Source of the DNA: Thermotogota bacterium
Lineage (GTDB): Bacteria; Thermotogota; Thermotogae; MWEM01
Reading direction: 5' to 3'
Assembly: GCA_034659095.1 (NCBI GenBank)
Contig: JAYEGQ010000209.1
Span: 1 to 45,595 of the forward strand
Length of the DNA stretch: 45,595 bases
Under the pieces are notes generated by a model. That model searched no databases. It was not told the origin of the DNA and worked only from the letters and a program-made list of their open reading frames with translations. Of the stretch, positions 1 to 10,398 are shown in pieces (within the stretch, counting starts at the first letter, position 1; every line of letters starts with the position of its first letter). The translations under genes were made by a program, and so were the position numbers.

Positions 1-64
1 GGTTGGATCCCATTTTTAAAGATATTGATTATAAGGTTTATTGTACACAATAGAAAAGATAAAT

Positions 65-91
65 AATCCCTGCGGGAAAGCGGGGATTTTT
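65..91 (+). terminator. GC-rich hairpin, terminator-like, just upstream of the first ORF's RBS
   Basis: AATCCCTGC-gggaaa-GCGGGGATT stem (65-73/80-88) followed by a short T run. Confidence 0.45.
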
Positions 92-115
92 AAAACTCAA
101 TCAGGAGGAAAACAC

Positions 116-367
116 ATGTCCTTAAAAAACGAAGCTTTTTTGAAAGAACTTGCATCTAAAGAACCGGCAACATTCAACGAAGTATTTTTAAATTTTCAAA
201 TGGAGTTGTTGGATCACGAAAATGAATTAAAAAAACTAAAGGCGATTACAGAAACCAGAGGTGCTTTAACGCCTGAAGAAAAGAAATACGAATCGGTAAT
301 GAATGCCAAAAAAGGTTTACTTGAAGGTGTGGTAGAGGATTTATCAATTTACTATAAAAAAAGATAA
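116..367 (+). CDS. small helical hypothetical protein (83 aa)
   Basis: AGGAGG RBS upstream of ATG 116, which is preferred over the TTG at 41; charged coiled-coil-like sequence, no family recognised. Confidence 0.7.
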   Translation: MSLKNEAFLKELASKEPATFNEVFLNFQMELLDHENELKKLKAITETRGALTPEEKKYESVMNAKKGLLEGVVEDLSIYYKKR

Positions 368-436
368 AATGTTATAATTTGTTCGGATAGAGTAACAAAA
401 ATTATGAGTATACTTATTCTACGGGGAGGTTGAGAG

Positions 437-1453
437 ATGACAAAGGAAATGTATCCTGAGTTTTCTTTGGATTTTGTACGTGTTACAGAAGCCGCTGCAT
501 TGATGAGTAGTCGTTATTTGGGCTTTGGAGATAAAGAAGCAGTTGACGGGGCAGCTGTTGATGCTATGAGAGGGATGTTGGATTATATCGACATTAAGGG
601 AACCGTTATCATTGGTGAAGGTGAGAAAGACGAGGCCCCTATGCTGTTTGAAGGAGAAAATGTTGGTAGTTATGCTGATAATGCTCCTGAGATGGACATA
701 GCTGTTGATCCTATTGACGGTACTCGATTGGTTGCTTATGGATTGCCTAACGGAATTGCCGTCATGGCAGCAGCAGAACACGGAAAGATGTCAGCTTTAC
801 CGACCTTTTATTGTAAAAAATTGGCAGTTGGACCGGAATTAAAAGGTAGATTGGATATAAACGCGCCTATTAGAGAAAATTTAAAAGTTGCAGCAACTGC
901 ATTGAATGTGGAAGTCGGTGAGATCACCGTTGTTATTTTAAACCGTGATCGACACAAAGAAATCATTGATGATATCAAAATTGCAGGAGCAAGAATCAAG
1001 TTGATCAGTGATGGAGATATTGCCGGCTCCATCGCCACAGCTACACCAGAAAGTGGTGTCAATATTTGCATAGGTATTGGCGGTTCTCCGGAAGGTGTCT
1101 TGGCAGCAGCGGCGTTGCGAACCCTTGGGGGAGAATTACAAGCAAAATTATGGTCTCAAACAGAAGAAGAAAGAACCTTATTAACCGAGCAAGGTTGGGA
1201 TTTTGATAAAGTCTATCATACAGAGGATTTAGTAGGTGGTGAACATGTTATCTTTGCCGCAACAGGTGTTACAAAAGGGGACTTTCTAAACGGTGTAAAA
1301 TTCATACACGGAAAGGCTATTACGGAATCCATTGCCATGCGAATGCCCAGTGCCACAGTCAGATACATCATCACTCATCATGATTTGAAGAAAAAGACCA
1401 TCCGGCTTAAGTCTTCCAGCGGGGATGAAAAATACATAGATATAAAACATTAA
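437..1453 (+). CDS. glpX: class II fructose-1,6-bisphosphatase
   Basis: RVTEAAAL, VIIGEGEKDEAPML, DIAVDPIDGT, DGD and GGSPEGVLAAAA motifs; GGAGG RBS; TGTTATAAT extended -10 at 370-378. Confidence 0.95.
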   Translation: MTKEMYPEFSLDFVRVTEAAALMSSRYLGFGDKEAVDGAAVDAMRGMLDYIDIKGTVIIGEGEKDEAPMLFEGENVGSYADNAPEMDIAVDPIDGTRLVAYGLPNGIAVMAAAEHGKMSALPTFYCKKLAVGPELKGRLDINAPIRENLKVAATALNVEVGEITVVILNRDRHKEIIDDIKIAGARIKLISDGDIAGSIATATPESGVNICIGIGGSPEGVLAAAALRTLGGELQAKLWSQTEEERTLLTEQGWDFDKVYHTEDLVGGEHVIFAATGVTKGDFLNGVKFIHGKAITESIAMRMPSATVRYIITHHDLKKKTIRLKSSSGDEKYIDIKH

Positions 1454-1472
1454 AGATAGAAAAGTTTTTTTG

Positions 1473-1506
1473 AAAGGGACGAAAAAAATCGTCTCTTTTT
1501 TTTTTT
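1473..1506 (+). terminator. intrinsic terminator after glpX
   Basis: AAAGGGACGA/TCGTCTCTTT stem followed by a long T tract. Confidence 0.8.
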
Positions 1507-1574
1507 ACAAAAGCCCTCTTAAACGAGTGTGATATAATACTCTAATAAGAGTGTTGAGTTGAGGGTGGGGTATA

Positions 1575-2321
1575 ATGAGTGAGTTCTGGTTATTCGTTGT
1601 AGTGGGTTTTTTTGCACAAATTGTAGATGGTGCGCTTGGAATGGCATACGGAGTGACTTCAAATTCTATGCTTTTGGGGTTTGGTGTGTCACCAGCGATT
1701 TCCAGTGCGTCAGTGCATTTTGCAGAGATATTCACCACTTTAATATCGGGGGTTTCCCATTTTAAATTGGGAAACGTTGACAAAGCATTGTTTAAACGGT
1801 TGCTTATACCGGGAATCATCGGAGGGGTTTTGGGAGCCTATTTATTAACACAGATTCCTTCGAATATTATTAAGCCTATAATTGGAGTGTACCTGGGATT
1901 GATGGGATTCAGAATCCTTATGAAGGTTTTTCGTTCAAATGGAAAAATGAGGGAATTCTTTGTTAGAAAACGGCACTTTTTTATCTTGGGATTACTTGGA
2001 GGATTTTTTGACGCCATGGGTGGAGGCGGTTGGGGGCCCATCGTAACCACAACCCTAGTTGCTGACGGAAAATGTCCCCGCCATACCGTTGGAAGTGTCA
2101 ACGCAGCTGAATTTTTCGTTACTGTTGCAGAAGTAGCTGCGTTTTTGACACTTATCTCTCAATTTAATTGGTATGTTATTGGTGGATTGATTGTTGGTGG
2201 AGGTTGTGCAGCACCCCTTGCAGCTTTTTTTACCAAGAAAATCAAACCAAAAGCATTGATGATTATTTTGGGAATATTGATCATCGCATTAAGTATTCGA
2301 ACGGTTATTCTTTCTTTTTAA
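1575..2321 (+). CDS. sulfite exporter TauE/SafE family membrane protein
   Basis: AQIVDGALGMAYGVTS, ASVHFAE, GGGGWGP and VGSVNAAEFFV motifs; multiple TM segments; TGATATAAT at 1530-1538. Confidence 0.88.
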   Translation: MSEFWLFVVVGFFAQIVDGALGMAYGVTSNSMLLGFGVSPAISSASVHFAEIFTTLISGVSHFKLGNVDKALFKRLLIPGIIGGVLGAYLLTQIPSNIIKPIIGVYLGLMGFRILMKVFRSNGKMREFFVRKRHFFILGLLGGFFDAMGGGGWGPIVTTTLVADGKCPRHTVGSVNAAEFFVTVAEVAAFLTLISQFNWYVIGGLIVGGGCAAPLAAFFTKKIKPKALMIILGILIIALSIRTVILSF

Positions 2322-2377
2322 AAAACAAGCGGACGAATTTGTCCACGTACAATTTTCTGACTTTTTCGACTAAACCC

Positions 2378-2586
2378 AAATCAGAGGCTCCGCTTTTTCT
2401 CCCATGATAAGGATAAGCTGTGTCAATGTAAGTTACACCTTTGTCGATGGCATATCTGATCATCTTGATTGCCTCGGGTTCATCAATATCTTCAGGCTTC
2501 CCACTTTCTTTAAGGGGTAATCTCATGCATCCCATTCCGAAAATCGATGTTTCGATCCCCAATTTTTTAAATATCCTGTTTTTCAT
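2378..2586 (-). pseudogene. truncated aldo/keto reductase (N-terminal ~65 aa only)
   Basis: GAGGTGG RBS then MKNRIFKKLGIETSIFGMGCMRLP...MIRYAIDKGVTYIDTAYPYHG; similarity breaks down right after YHG and the frame runs into tauE. Confidence 0.8.
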
Positions 2587-2670
2587 TCTGCACCACCTCA
2601 TATCTATTTTACACAAAATAAAGTTAATTTCAAAACCGAAATAAAAATGTCCGGGAATCGAATAGCTATA

Positions 2671-2702
2671 TGTTATAATTCTTATTGTGAAATTTACCAC
2701 AA
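2671..2702 (+). promoter_or_regulatory. rex promoter (extended -10) with a Rex operator over the start site
   Basis: TGTTATAAT at 2671-2679; TTGTGAAATTTACCACAA at 2685-2702 matches the TTGTGAA-N4-TTCACAA consensus at 12 of 14 positions. Confidence 0.75.
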
Positions 2703-2714
2703 TGAGGTGAACGG

Positions 2715-3347
2715 ATGTTTGGAAAAATACCCAAACCGGTGGCCAGGAGATTGGCTATTTATTACAGGGTGTTAAAAGAACACAATAAAAACGGTGCGGA
2801 GACGGTTTCCTCATCTTACCTGGGCCGTATTCTTGATTTGAAACCCAGCCAGATTAGAAAGGACTTATCTTATTTTGGTGGTTTTGGAAAAAGAGGAACC
2901 GGTTATAACGTAATAGATTTAATGAAAAGCATTGAAAAGATACTTGGTATTGATAGGCATTGGAATGTTTTAATTATTGGCGCAGGTAGAATAGGAAGGG
3001 CGTTGGCGAATTATCCGGGACTGGTTCAGGATGGATTTACAGTCAAAGGGATTGTTGATGTAAGTGAAAAGAAAATAGGAAAAACGATTGATGAACAGTT
3101 AACGATAGAAAATGTGGAAGAGATGGAAAAAATCATTAGGGAAAGAAAAATTGATATCGGTGTCCTATGTGTTCCATCCGAAGTTGCTCAGAAAGTCTTG
3201 AATTCAGTTGTTCAATACGGAGTAAAAAGTATCGTTAATTTTGTACCTAAACGATTGAAAACCCCCAAGGATGTTATGATAGAAGATGTTCAAATTTCCT
3301 TATCATTTAAAGCCTTATCTTTTAGAATGGTCAACAGTCAAAGATAA
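2715..3347 (+). CDS. rex: redox-sensing transcriptional repressor Rex
   Basis: [29 protein letters not shown] wHTH, GAGRIG Rossmann motif, IVNFVP. Confidence 0.95.
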   Translation: MFGKIPKPVARRLAIYYRVLKEHNKNGAETVSSSYLGRILDLKPSQIRKDLSYFGGFGKRGTGYNVIDLMKSIEKILGIDRHWNVLIIGAGRIGRALANYPGLVQDGFTVKGIVDVSEKKIGKTIDEQLTIENVEEMEKIIRERKIDIGVLCVPSEVAQKVLNSVVQYGVKSIVNFVPKRLKTPKDVMIEDVQISLSFKALSFRMVNSQR

Positions 3348-3414
3348 AAACGATTTTCCCCTCCTTCATGATATAATCGGTCAGTATTTTTTAACTTCTG
3401 CAGAGGTGACTGTT

Positions 3415-5154
3415 ATGAGATTTTCAAAGTTATATGCTCCCACTATAAAAGAGGCTCCGGCCGATTCTGATCTGATTAGTTACGAATATTTGATCAGAGG
3501 TGGTTTTATCAGAAAAGTAGCAGCCGGCATCTTTACTTATTTACCCCTCGGTAATCGAGTTCTTCAAAAAATTACTCAAATTGTGAGGGAAGAAATGGAT
3601 GATGCCGGTTGTCAGGAATTATTGATGCCCATTGTACAACCTGCTAATATCTGGAAAGAATCCGGAAGATGGGATGATTACGGTCCGGAAATGATGAAAC
3701 TGCAGGATAGACATAAAAGAGCCTTTACATTGGGTCCCACTCACGAGGAAATGATCACTGTAACGGTAAAAAATGAACTGGTGAGTTATAAAGAGCTTCC
3801 TAAAAACCTGTATCAAATCAATACAAAATATAGAGATGAAATCAGACCCAGATTCGGTTTATTAAGAGCCAGGGAATTTATCATGAAAGATGCTTATAGC
3901 TTTCATACTGACGAGGCTTCATTGGATGAGACTTATGAACAAATGTACAAGGCTTACGAAAAAATTCTTGAGAGAATGGGACTGGATTATATGGCAGTTG
4001 AGGCTGATTCGGGAGCTATCGGGGGTAGTGATACCCATGAGTTTGTAATATTGGCTGAAAACGGCGAATCACCGTTATTAACTTGTAAAACGTGTGGTTA
4101 TAAGGCAACGGATGAAAGGGCTGAGTACAAAGCAGATTATCATTATCCGCAAGAGCAAATGATTGAACGACAAGAGGTTAGTACTCCAGATCAAAAAACG
4201 ATAGACCAAATCTCTGAGTATTTGAATGTGGACAAGAAAAAAATCGTAAAATCTTTATTATTTAAAGGTAGAGAAGGATACATTTTGGCTTTGATCAGAG
4301 GAGATCTGGATATCAATATTGCCAAATTGAAGGCACATGTGGGTGATCAAACCATTGAATTGGCACAGCCTGATGAAGTATTAACAGATTTTGGAACACC
4401 TATCGGCTTTATTGGTCCTGTAGGTCTTAACAAAAAAGATGTGAAAATCATTGGAGATTTTAGTGTTAGAGGGTTGACCAATTTTGTGACGGGTGCCATG
4501 AAGCAGGACGCACATTTTATTCACACTAATTTGGAAAGAGATTTTCAGGTAGACGGTTGGCACGATATTAAAATGGTAACAAAGGGAGATGCATGCCCGG
4601 TTTGTTCCAATCCCTTGGATGAAACAAGGGGGATTGAAATGGGGCAGGTTTTCAAACTGGGCCAAAAATATTCAAAATCTTTGGATGCCAATTTTACAGA
4701 TGAATCCGGCAAACAATTACCCTTTCATATGGGATGTTATGGCTGGGGAATTTCGAGGAGTATTGCAGGCGTTGTGGAACAACTCCACGATGAGAATGGG
4801 ATTTTGTGGCCGATTGCTTTAGCCCCTTACCAAATTATTATTACTTTGATCAATCCAAAAAACGAAGAACAGAATAAAGCAGCCGAAACAATTTATAATC
4901 TATTAAAAGAAAAAGGCGAGGAAGTTCTTTTGGATGACAGGGAAAATTCTCCCGGATCCAAGTTCAAAGATGCTGATTTGATCGGTATTCCCATCAGGAT
5001 TACAGTTGGCCGAGGGGTTAAAAAATCAAAGGTTGAACTGAAATTGAGAAACGACTCACTAAAACGCGAAATCGATATTTCAGATGGTTTTGAAGAATTA
5101 TTAAAGGAAATTAAAGAGGCAAAAAAGGCATATGATCCCAGAAAAACAAAATAA
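3415..5154 (+). CDS. proS: prolyl-tRNA synthetase (with editing domain)
   Basis: [10 protein letters not shown] start after GAGGTGA RBS; [52 protein letters not shown]; own TGATATAAT at 3369-3377. Confidence 0.97.
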   Translation: MRFSKLYAPTIKEAPADSDLISYEYLIRGGFIRKVAAGIFTYLPLGNRVLQKITQIVREEMDDAGCQELLMPIVQPANIWKESGRWDDYGPEMMKLQDRHKRAFTLGPTHEEMITVTVKNELVSYKELPKNLYQINTKYRDEIRPRFGLLRAREFIMKDAYSFHTDEASLDETYEQMYKAYEKILERMGLDYMAVEADSGAIGGSDTHEFVILAENGESPLLTCKTCGYKATDERAEYKADYHYPQEQMIERQEVSTPDQKTIDQISEYLNVDKKKIVKSLLFKGREGYILALIRGDLDINIAKLKAHVGDQTIELAQPDEVLTDFGTPIGFIGPVGLNKKDVKIIGDFSVRGLTNFVTGAMKQDAHFIHTNLERDFQVDGWHDIKMVTKGDACPVCSNPLDETRGIEMGQVFKLGQKYSKSLDANFTDESGKQLPFHMGCYGWGISRSIAGVVEQLHDENGILWPIALAPYQIIITLINPKNEEQNKAAETIYNLLKEKGEEVLLDDRENSPGSKFKDADLIGIPIRITVGRGVKKSKVELKLRNDSLKREIDISDGFEELLKEIKEAKKAYDPRKTK

Positions 5155-5809
5155 TCAAGTGATGACAACCCCTGAACACTTCTCTTATTTGTGTAAAGCA
5201 ACAAAAACAGGGGTTTTACGTTTTCTGTCACATCGAGAATGGATTACCGCAACGGAAAGAACCATGAGAAGAGCTTCTTTTCCCTTGTGGTTTACGCAAG
5301 GTTTTCACCCCAAACCAAAGTTAACCTTTTCAAGAGCCTTACCAACCGGTTTGATTTCTCAGGCCATTTATTTTGTTGTAAGACTTACCAAAACGGATCT
5401 TTCTACAGGTGAACTGATTAAAGCCTTTAACACCAAATCACCTCGGGGTCTAAAAATAAAGGGAATGTGGCAGATGAATCCGGGTGAAAAAATTAACAAG
5501 TATTTAGATTTTTGGTCTTTCCGAATCCTTATAAAGGATCAGTTGGATAGCAAAAAAACAGAGGAGATTACACAAATTATACAGAAACGAGCCTTCGATG
5601 ATCGTTGTGTGATTCTTGATAAAACCTTTTTTATGATAGAATATAAAACAGTGGAGAAAAAATGGCTGGATTACAGAGATATCATGCAAACCCTTTACGG
5701 CGAGAGGTTTCCAAGGTTGTTTTATTTACCTATATTGAGGGACGTATATCTTAAACGTGAATCCTGTATTCCCGTAAGTGATGTATTTGATTTACATAGG
5801 AGGCAATGA
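5132..5809 (+). CDS. DUF2344 / radical-SAM-linked family protein
   Basis: RFLSHREW...[28 protein letters not shown] motif; start uncertain (5132 or 5162). Confidence 0.78.
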   Translation: MIPEKQNNQVMTTPEHFSYLCKATKTGVLRFLSHREWITATERTMRRASFPLWFTQGFHPKPKLTFSRALPTGLISQAIYFVVRLTKTDLSTGELIKAFNTKSPRGLKIKGMWQMNPGEKINKYLDFWSFRILIKDQLDSKKTEEITQIIQKRAFDDRCVILDKTFFMIEYKTVEKKWLDYRDIMQTLYGERFPRLFYLPILRDVYLKRESCIPVSDVFDLHRRQ

Positions 5810-6183
5810 TGTCGAAAAAGGTTTTAGTTGTAGATGATTCAGCAGTTTTAAGAAATATCATCGTTTTTAATTTAAAAAAAGCGGGATATGAAATACAACA
5901 AGCAGTGGATGGAATTGATGGTATCGAAAAGATGCGTGGATTTAAACCAGATATGATCGTTCTGGATATCATGATGCCAAGGCTTGACGGGTTTGGTGTT
6001 TTGATGGAAAAATCAAAAGATGATGCCATAAAGGGTATTCCAGTGATTATTTTGACGGCCAAAGGTGGAGAAGACGATAAGGATAAAGCGATTTCCTTGG
6101 GTGCTTTAGGTGTATTGACAAAGCCTTTTAGTCCAAAACAGCTTATTTCTTCCGTGAAAGAAGTGATTGGCGATGCCTCTTAG
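5806..6183 (+). CDS. single-domain response regulator (CheY-like receiver)
   Basis: VLVVDDS, LDIMMP phosphoacceptor, LTAKG, TKPF. Confidence 0.92.
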   Translation: MMSKKVLVVDDSAVLRNIIVFNLKKAGYEIQQAVDGIDGIEKMRGFKPDMIVLDIMMPRLDGFGVLMEKSKDDAIKGIPVIILTAKGGEDDKDKAISLGALGVLTKPFSPKQLISSVKEVIGDAS

Positions 6184-7618
6184 AAAAAGGCTTGAAAACC
6201 TTTTAAAAAGAATAGAACAGATTTCAGACGTGGAAGTTGAAGAGAAATCTGATGCAACAGTTCTACCAGATATGGGTGAGGATTACATTATTAAGATACT
6301 GGATCAGGGAATCGAAAAGCTAGAAAATGAGCTTGTAAACTACAAAAATCAGCTTGAAGAAAGTTCTATTATGTTGGAAACCCAGCTTGAGGAGATTTCC
6401 AAGACCTATGAAGAACTTTCGACTCTTTACGAAGTCACAAGAATTTTATCTCATACCCTTGATCCTGTTTCAGTCGTTGATCGTCTTATCGAATCTATTA
6501 AGAATTCAATTCCGGCTGAAGGGATTGGTATCTATTTTTCCTACCTGAGTGTGGAAGATTTTTTTTGTTCAGTTAATGATGATTCCAATTTAATGAGTAA
6601 ACTAAGAGAGTGCAAAAATTTTGTGATCGAATACCTAAAAAAAGACGATGTCAAAATTCTCATGCTTGAAAATGAAAAGTTGGAAGAATTTGGCATCTCC
6701 AAGGTTATCAAATCCATGATCATTATTCCCATCAGTTCAAACAACAAGTGTTATGGGGGAATAGTACTTGCAAACCGTGAGCTTGGTGGTATTTTTACAG
6801 CCGGTGACAGAAAATTATTGGAATCAATTGCCAATCAGATTCATTTCAGTATTGAAAACTTTATCTTCCTGGAACAAAAGATTGAACAGGAAAGGCTTAG
6901 AGAGCAAATAAGTATAGCAAAAGAGATTCAAAACAGTTTATTGCCTTCAGTCATTATACAACCTAAAAATACAGAGATTGCAGCCAGTTTTTCTCCAGCT
7001 GTAGAAGTAGCCGGAGATTATTACGATGTCTTTTTTCTCGAGGACAAAACATTTCTGATTGTTGCCGATGTTTCGGGGAAGGGAATACCGGCGTCGCTAT
7101 TGATGAGTAGTTTTCGATCCGCTGTAAGAATAATGGTTCAGGGTTCTAATTCATTACCCGAACTGGTATCAAAAGTAAATGATCATATCGCTCAAAGTGA
7201 GATTACCGATCGATTTGTGACTTCCATGTTTGTACTTATGGATACAAATGAGGGTAGCTTTAAGTATTCAAATGCCGGACATGATCCAATAATTCTTTAT
7301 CGAAAAGAAACGGACGAATTTTTTGAAATAAGCAATAACGGCATACCTATAGGGATTTTTCAAGATCAACTGTATGTTGAAGAAACGTTTAATTTAAAAC
7401 CCGGGGATGTCTTTGTCATTTATACTGATGGTATTCCCGAGGCCAGAAATGAGGGAAAAGAAGAGTTTGGGTTCGAAAGGTTAAAAGAGGTTATTAAAAC
7501 TAATTATAATCATTCTGCTACTGAGATTAAAAATGAGATTCTCTATGCTGTGGAAGAGTTTGTAGGTACTGCAAAACAACACGATGATACGACTTTTATT
7601 GTTGTAAGATATTTATAA
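6173..7618 (+). CDS. coiled-coil + GAF + SpoIIE/PP2C (RsbU-like) phosphatase
   Basis: AKEIQNSLLP, VAGDYYD, ADVSGKGIPASLLM, YSNAGH, YTDGIPEA, QHDDTT. Confidence 0.9.
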   Translation: MPLRKRLENLLKRIEQISDVEVEEKSDATVLPDMGEDYIIKILDQGIEKLENELVNYKNQLEESSIMLETQLEEISKTYEELSTLYEVTRILSHTLDPVSVVDRLIESIKNSIPAEGIGIYFSYLSVEDFFCSVNDDSNLMSKLRECKNFVIEYLKKDDVKILMLENEKLEEFGISKVIKSMIIIPISSNNKCYGGIVLANRELGGIFTAGDRKLLESIANQIHFSIENFIFLEQKIEQERLREQISIAKEIQNSLLPSVIIQPKNTEIAASFSPAVEVAGDYYDVFFLEDKTFLIVADVSGKGIPASLLMSSFRSAVRIMVQGSNSLPELVSKVNDHIAQSEITDRFVTSMFVLMDTNEGSFKYSNAGHDPIILYRKETDEFFEISNNGIPIGIFQDQLYVEETFNLKPGDVFVIYTDGIPEARNEGKEEFGFERLKEVIKTNYNHSATEIKNEILYAVEEFVGTAKQHDDTTFIVVRYL

Positions 7619-7645
7619 ATTGTAAAACTGAAGGAGGTTTTATCT

Positions 7646-8404
7646 TTGTCCGGACATAATAAATGGGCCAATATTAAACATCGAAAAGGGGCTCAAGATA
7701 AGAAACGTTCAGCCCTTTTTAACAAAATTATTAGAGAACTAACGGTTTCTGCCAGAGAAGGGGGCGGGGATCCGGATTCAAATCCCAGATTAAGGGTTGC
7801 CATGGACAAGGCAAGAGATGCCAATATGCCAAAAGACACCATGGAAAAGGCGGTTAAAAGAGGTACCGGTGAGCTTGAAGGTGTAGAATACGTTGAAATT
7901 ACGTATGAAGGTTACGGTTCAGCAGGAGTAGCCATGCTTGTAACAACTGTTTCAGATAACAAAAACAGGACAGCACAAGAAGTTCGACATGTATTCAGCA
8001 AGTACAACGGAAACATGGCAGAATCCGGAAGTGTTGCATGGATATTTGAGAAAAAAGGGTCTATGACGGTGAGTAAAGAAAAAATAGCGGATATGGATGA
8101 GTTCATGATGACCGCTATTGATTCTGGTGCTGAAGATATCGATGACAGTGGCGATCCCGTTTCAATAACCACGGCACCTGAAGATATGATGCAGGTGGCA
8201 GATGTCCTTAAAGAAGCCGGATATACACCGAAAGATATTGAGTTTTCCTATCTTCCAAAAAACACAGTAGCCATTGAAGGTAGAGATGCCGAAAAGGTGC
8301 TAAACCTTATCTCAAAATTGGAAGATCTTGACGATGTTCAAAACGTTTATGCCAATTTTGACATTGACGATGCAGAAATGGAAAGGATAATGGAAACCTT
8401 TTGA
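7646..8404 (+). CDS. yebC: YebC/PmpR family protein
   Basis: MSGHNKWANIKHRKG, YEGYG, DNKNRT, DDVQNVYANF; GGAGG RBS, TTG start. Confidence 0.95.
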   Translation: MSGHNKWANIKHRKGAQDKKRSALFNKIIRELTVSAREGGGDPDSNPRLRVAMDKARDANMPKDTMEKAVKRGTGELEGVEYVEITYEGYGSAGVAMLVTTVSDNKNRTAQEVRHVFSKYNGNMAESGSVAWIFEKKGSMTVSKEKIADMDEFMMTAIDSGAEDIDDSGDPVSITTAPEDMMQVADVLKEAGYTPKDIEFSYLPKNTVAIEGRDAEKVLNLISKLEDLDDVQNVYANFDIDDAEMERIMETF

Positions 8405-8411
8405 GGTTCAA

Positions 8412-9254
8412 GTGAATCCCCTTCCTGATTTGCATTTACACACCAGTTATTCGGATGGTGAAAAATCACCCGAGTCTCTTGTTAAGGTGTTAAAGGCTAA
8501 CAATGTAACACATTTTTCTATTACGGATCATGACAATATGGCTCCATATGAACAAATACAAAGGGCAACTCTCGAGAATGATATGCATACGTTACCCGGT
8601 ATAGAGATTTCTTCCTTGTACAACGGGTTGGAAGTTCACGTTTTAGGGTATCGATTTGATTGGCGTTCCCCACTTTTAAAGTCGTTTATCAAAGAACGTA
8701 TCACATTGCGAAAAGAGAGAGCCCTTTTGGTATTTGAAATGCTCAAGAAAAAAGGGTATGAATTTGATCAAAGAGATATTCAACGGATTATCAACGCCCA
8801 TTATGTAGGTAGACCTCATATAGCAAACTTACTCTTTGAATATGGGTATGTGGCTAATCCCCAAGAGGCCTTTAGTGAAGAATTAATTGGAGACTCAGGT
8901 GATAAAACCCTTACCCACAAATTAAAGCCCGCTGATGAAGTAATAACAATCATCAAAAAAGCAGGGGGATTAGCGTTTTTAGCACATCCGGGTTTGTTCA
9001 ACGGAAACGGATCTTATTCGGAGGGTATGAATAAATACGATATTCATCTGTTTACCGAGTTTGGCATAGACGGGTTGGAGGTATTTCATCCCAACCATAC
9101 CAAGCCGCAAATTCAAAGATACTTGTCTCTTGCAAGGGAAAAGAATTTGTTGATCAGTATGGGTTCCGATTATCATCGTGGTCTTTACAAAGCGAATCAT
9201 TACGCGTTGAATCATCATAAATATTTGAAGGATGTTTTGTCATGGTTGGAATGA
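8412..9254 (+). CDS. PHP domain phosphoesterase (YciV/TrpH-like)
   Basis: DLHLHTSYSDG, ITDHD, GIEIS, HVLGY, GRPHIA, LAHPG, GSDYH. Confidence 0.9.
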   Translation: MNPLPDLHLHTSYSDGEKSPESLVKVLKANNVTHFSITDHDNMAPYEQIQRATLENDMHTLPGIEISSLYNGLEVHVLGYRFDWRSPLLKSFIKERITLRKERALLVFEMLKKKGYEFDQRDIQRIINAHYVGRPHIANLLFEYGYVANPQEAFSEELIGDSGDKTLTHKLKPADEVITIIKKAGGLAFLAHPGLFNGNGSYSEGMNKYDIHLFTEFGIDGLEVFHPNHTKPQIQRYLSLAREKNLLISMGSDYHRGLYKANHYALNHHKYLKDVLSWLE

Positions 9255-10366
9255 AAAAAAAAATTATCAGAATCTTTTATGTTTTCCTTCTTCTTATGAT
9301 ACTAATAACTTATGGATACGCTCAAGATGAAGAATTTGAAGATTTGGATTGGGAACTGCTTTATCCGGAAGAGATTCTGACAGATGCCAACGCTGAGCTC
9401 GATATCTCTTCAGGTTTTTTTCTTACCGGAGAACCTGCCATGGGAGCTTTTGTGACACTAAATCCAAAGATGCATTTTCTTGTTTTTGACGGAAAATTCA
9501 ACATCATGGTGGAACAACGAAAAGATGATTTCGGCACTTACTTTCAGTTGGCGAATAAAGAAGTATCCGATTATTTTGAATTCACAAGGGTAAAATATAA
9601 AAATTTGATTTTTTATTTCGGATTGGACAACCGATTAAATTCCAAAATGGTCTTTCTTCCACGTGTTGATTTCTATAAAAAATATATTCATTTTGATTAC
9701 GATAATCAAGATTGGAAACTGGATGTCAAATCACCTGAATGGAATTCATGGGTATTTGATTTTTCATCGCCGTCTCTCAGTGCTGGAGAATGGGGTTTTA
9801 AAATCAATGCCGATGCATTTATTGATAATTCGTCCTCTACTACATACGCTCTATCGGCTGGGCCGGGTGTTGTTTTTAAAGGGTTTGAACTCACCCCGTT
9901 TGTGGGATACCAACATTTTGGGGTACAAACGGACAAACTGGGAAGTTACGATGAAATATTTGAAGAGGATTCTGAGCATTTGGTTTATGGGCTACTGGGA
10001 GAATACCAAAAAGGCGAATTTTATATAAGGGGTGGGATAAAAAACTCAGTGAATTTCTCTCCGTTTTTAACCGTTCACATAGGACCTTTGGAATTGAGTG
10101 CAGGGACAGCGTTATTTTTGGCGCATGAGAATTCTGGGAGAAGGACTTGGAGAGATGTATATTGGAATTTCGAAACTGACAATATAGTAACAAACATAGG
10201 TTTTTCAAATGAAACGAATTATAATGATGAAATGATTAATTCGCTTTTTGCCGATTTCGAATTTCGAGTATTAGATAATCTGTTCATGGATATACGTCTT
10301 GTAAAGAAAGAATATTGGTTATTCAGAATGGGAGTTAGATATAATTTTAAACTAGACTTTTATTGA
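9251..10366 (+). CDS. exported hypothetical protein, probable outer-membrane beta-barrel
   Basis: signal peptide MKKKIIRIFYVFLLLMILITYGYA; aromatic-rich alternating strands; C-terminal RMGVRYNF...FY. Confidence 0.6.
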   Translation: MKKKIIRIFYVFLLLMILITYGYAQDEEFEDLDWELLYPEEILTDANAELDISSGFFLTGEPAMGAFVTLNPKMHFLVFDGKFNIMVEQRKDDFGTYFQLANKEVSDYFEFTRVKYKNLIFYFGLDNRLNSKMVFLPRVDFYKKYIHFDYDNQDWKLDVKSPEWNSWVFDFSSPSLSAGEWGFKINADAFIDNSSSTTYALSAGPGVVFKGFELTPFVGYQHFGVQTDKLGSYDEIFEEDSEHLVYGLLGEYQKGEFYIRGGIKNSVNFSPFLTVHIGPLELSAGTALFLAHENSGRRTWRDVYWNFETDNIVTNIGFSNETNYNDEMINSLFADFEFRVLDNLFMDIRLVKKEYWLFRMGVRYNFKLDFY

Positions 10367-10398
10367 TGAACATTATGATGAAGACTGGAGGAAATGAC

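Noticed and set aside
1-20. GGTTGGATCCC resembling a tRNA T-arm at the window edge
   Set aside because: It lacks the TTCRA loop, an acceptor strand and CCA in register; there is too little sequence to call
3286-3414. N-terminal extension of proS, or a T-box leader
   Set aside because: A strong RBS and the conserved MRFSK start point to 3415; the 67-bp gap after rex is too short and has no T-box motif
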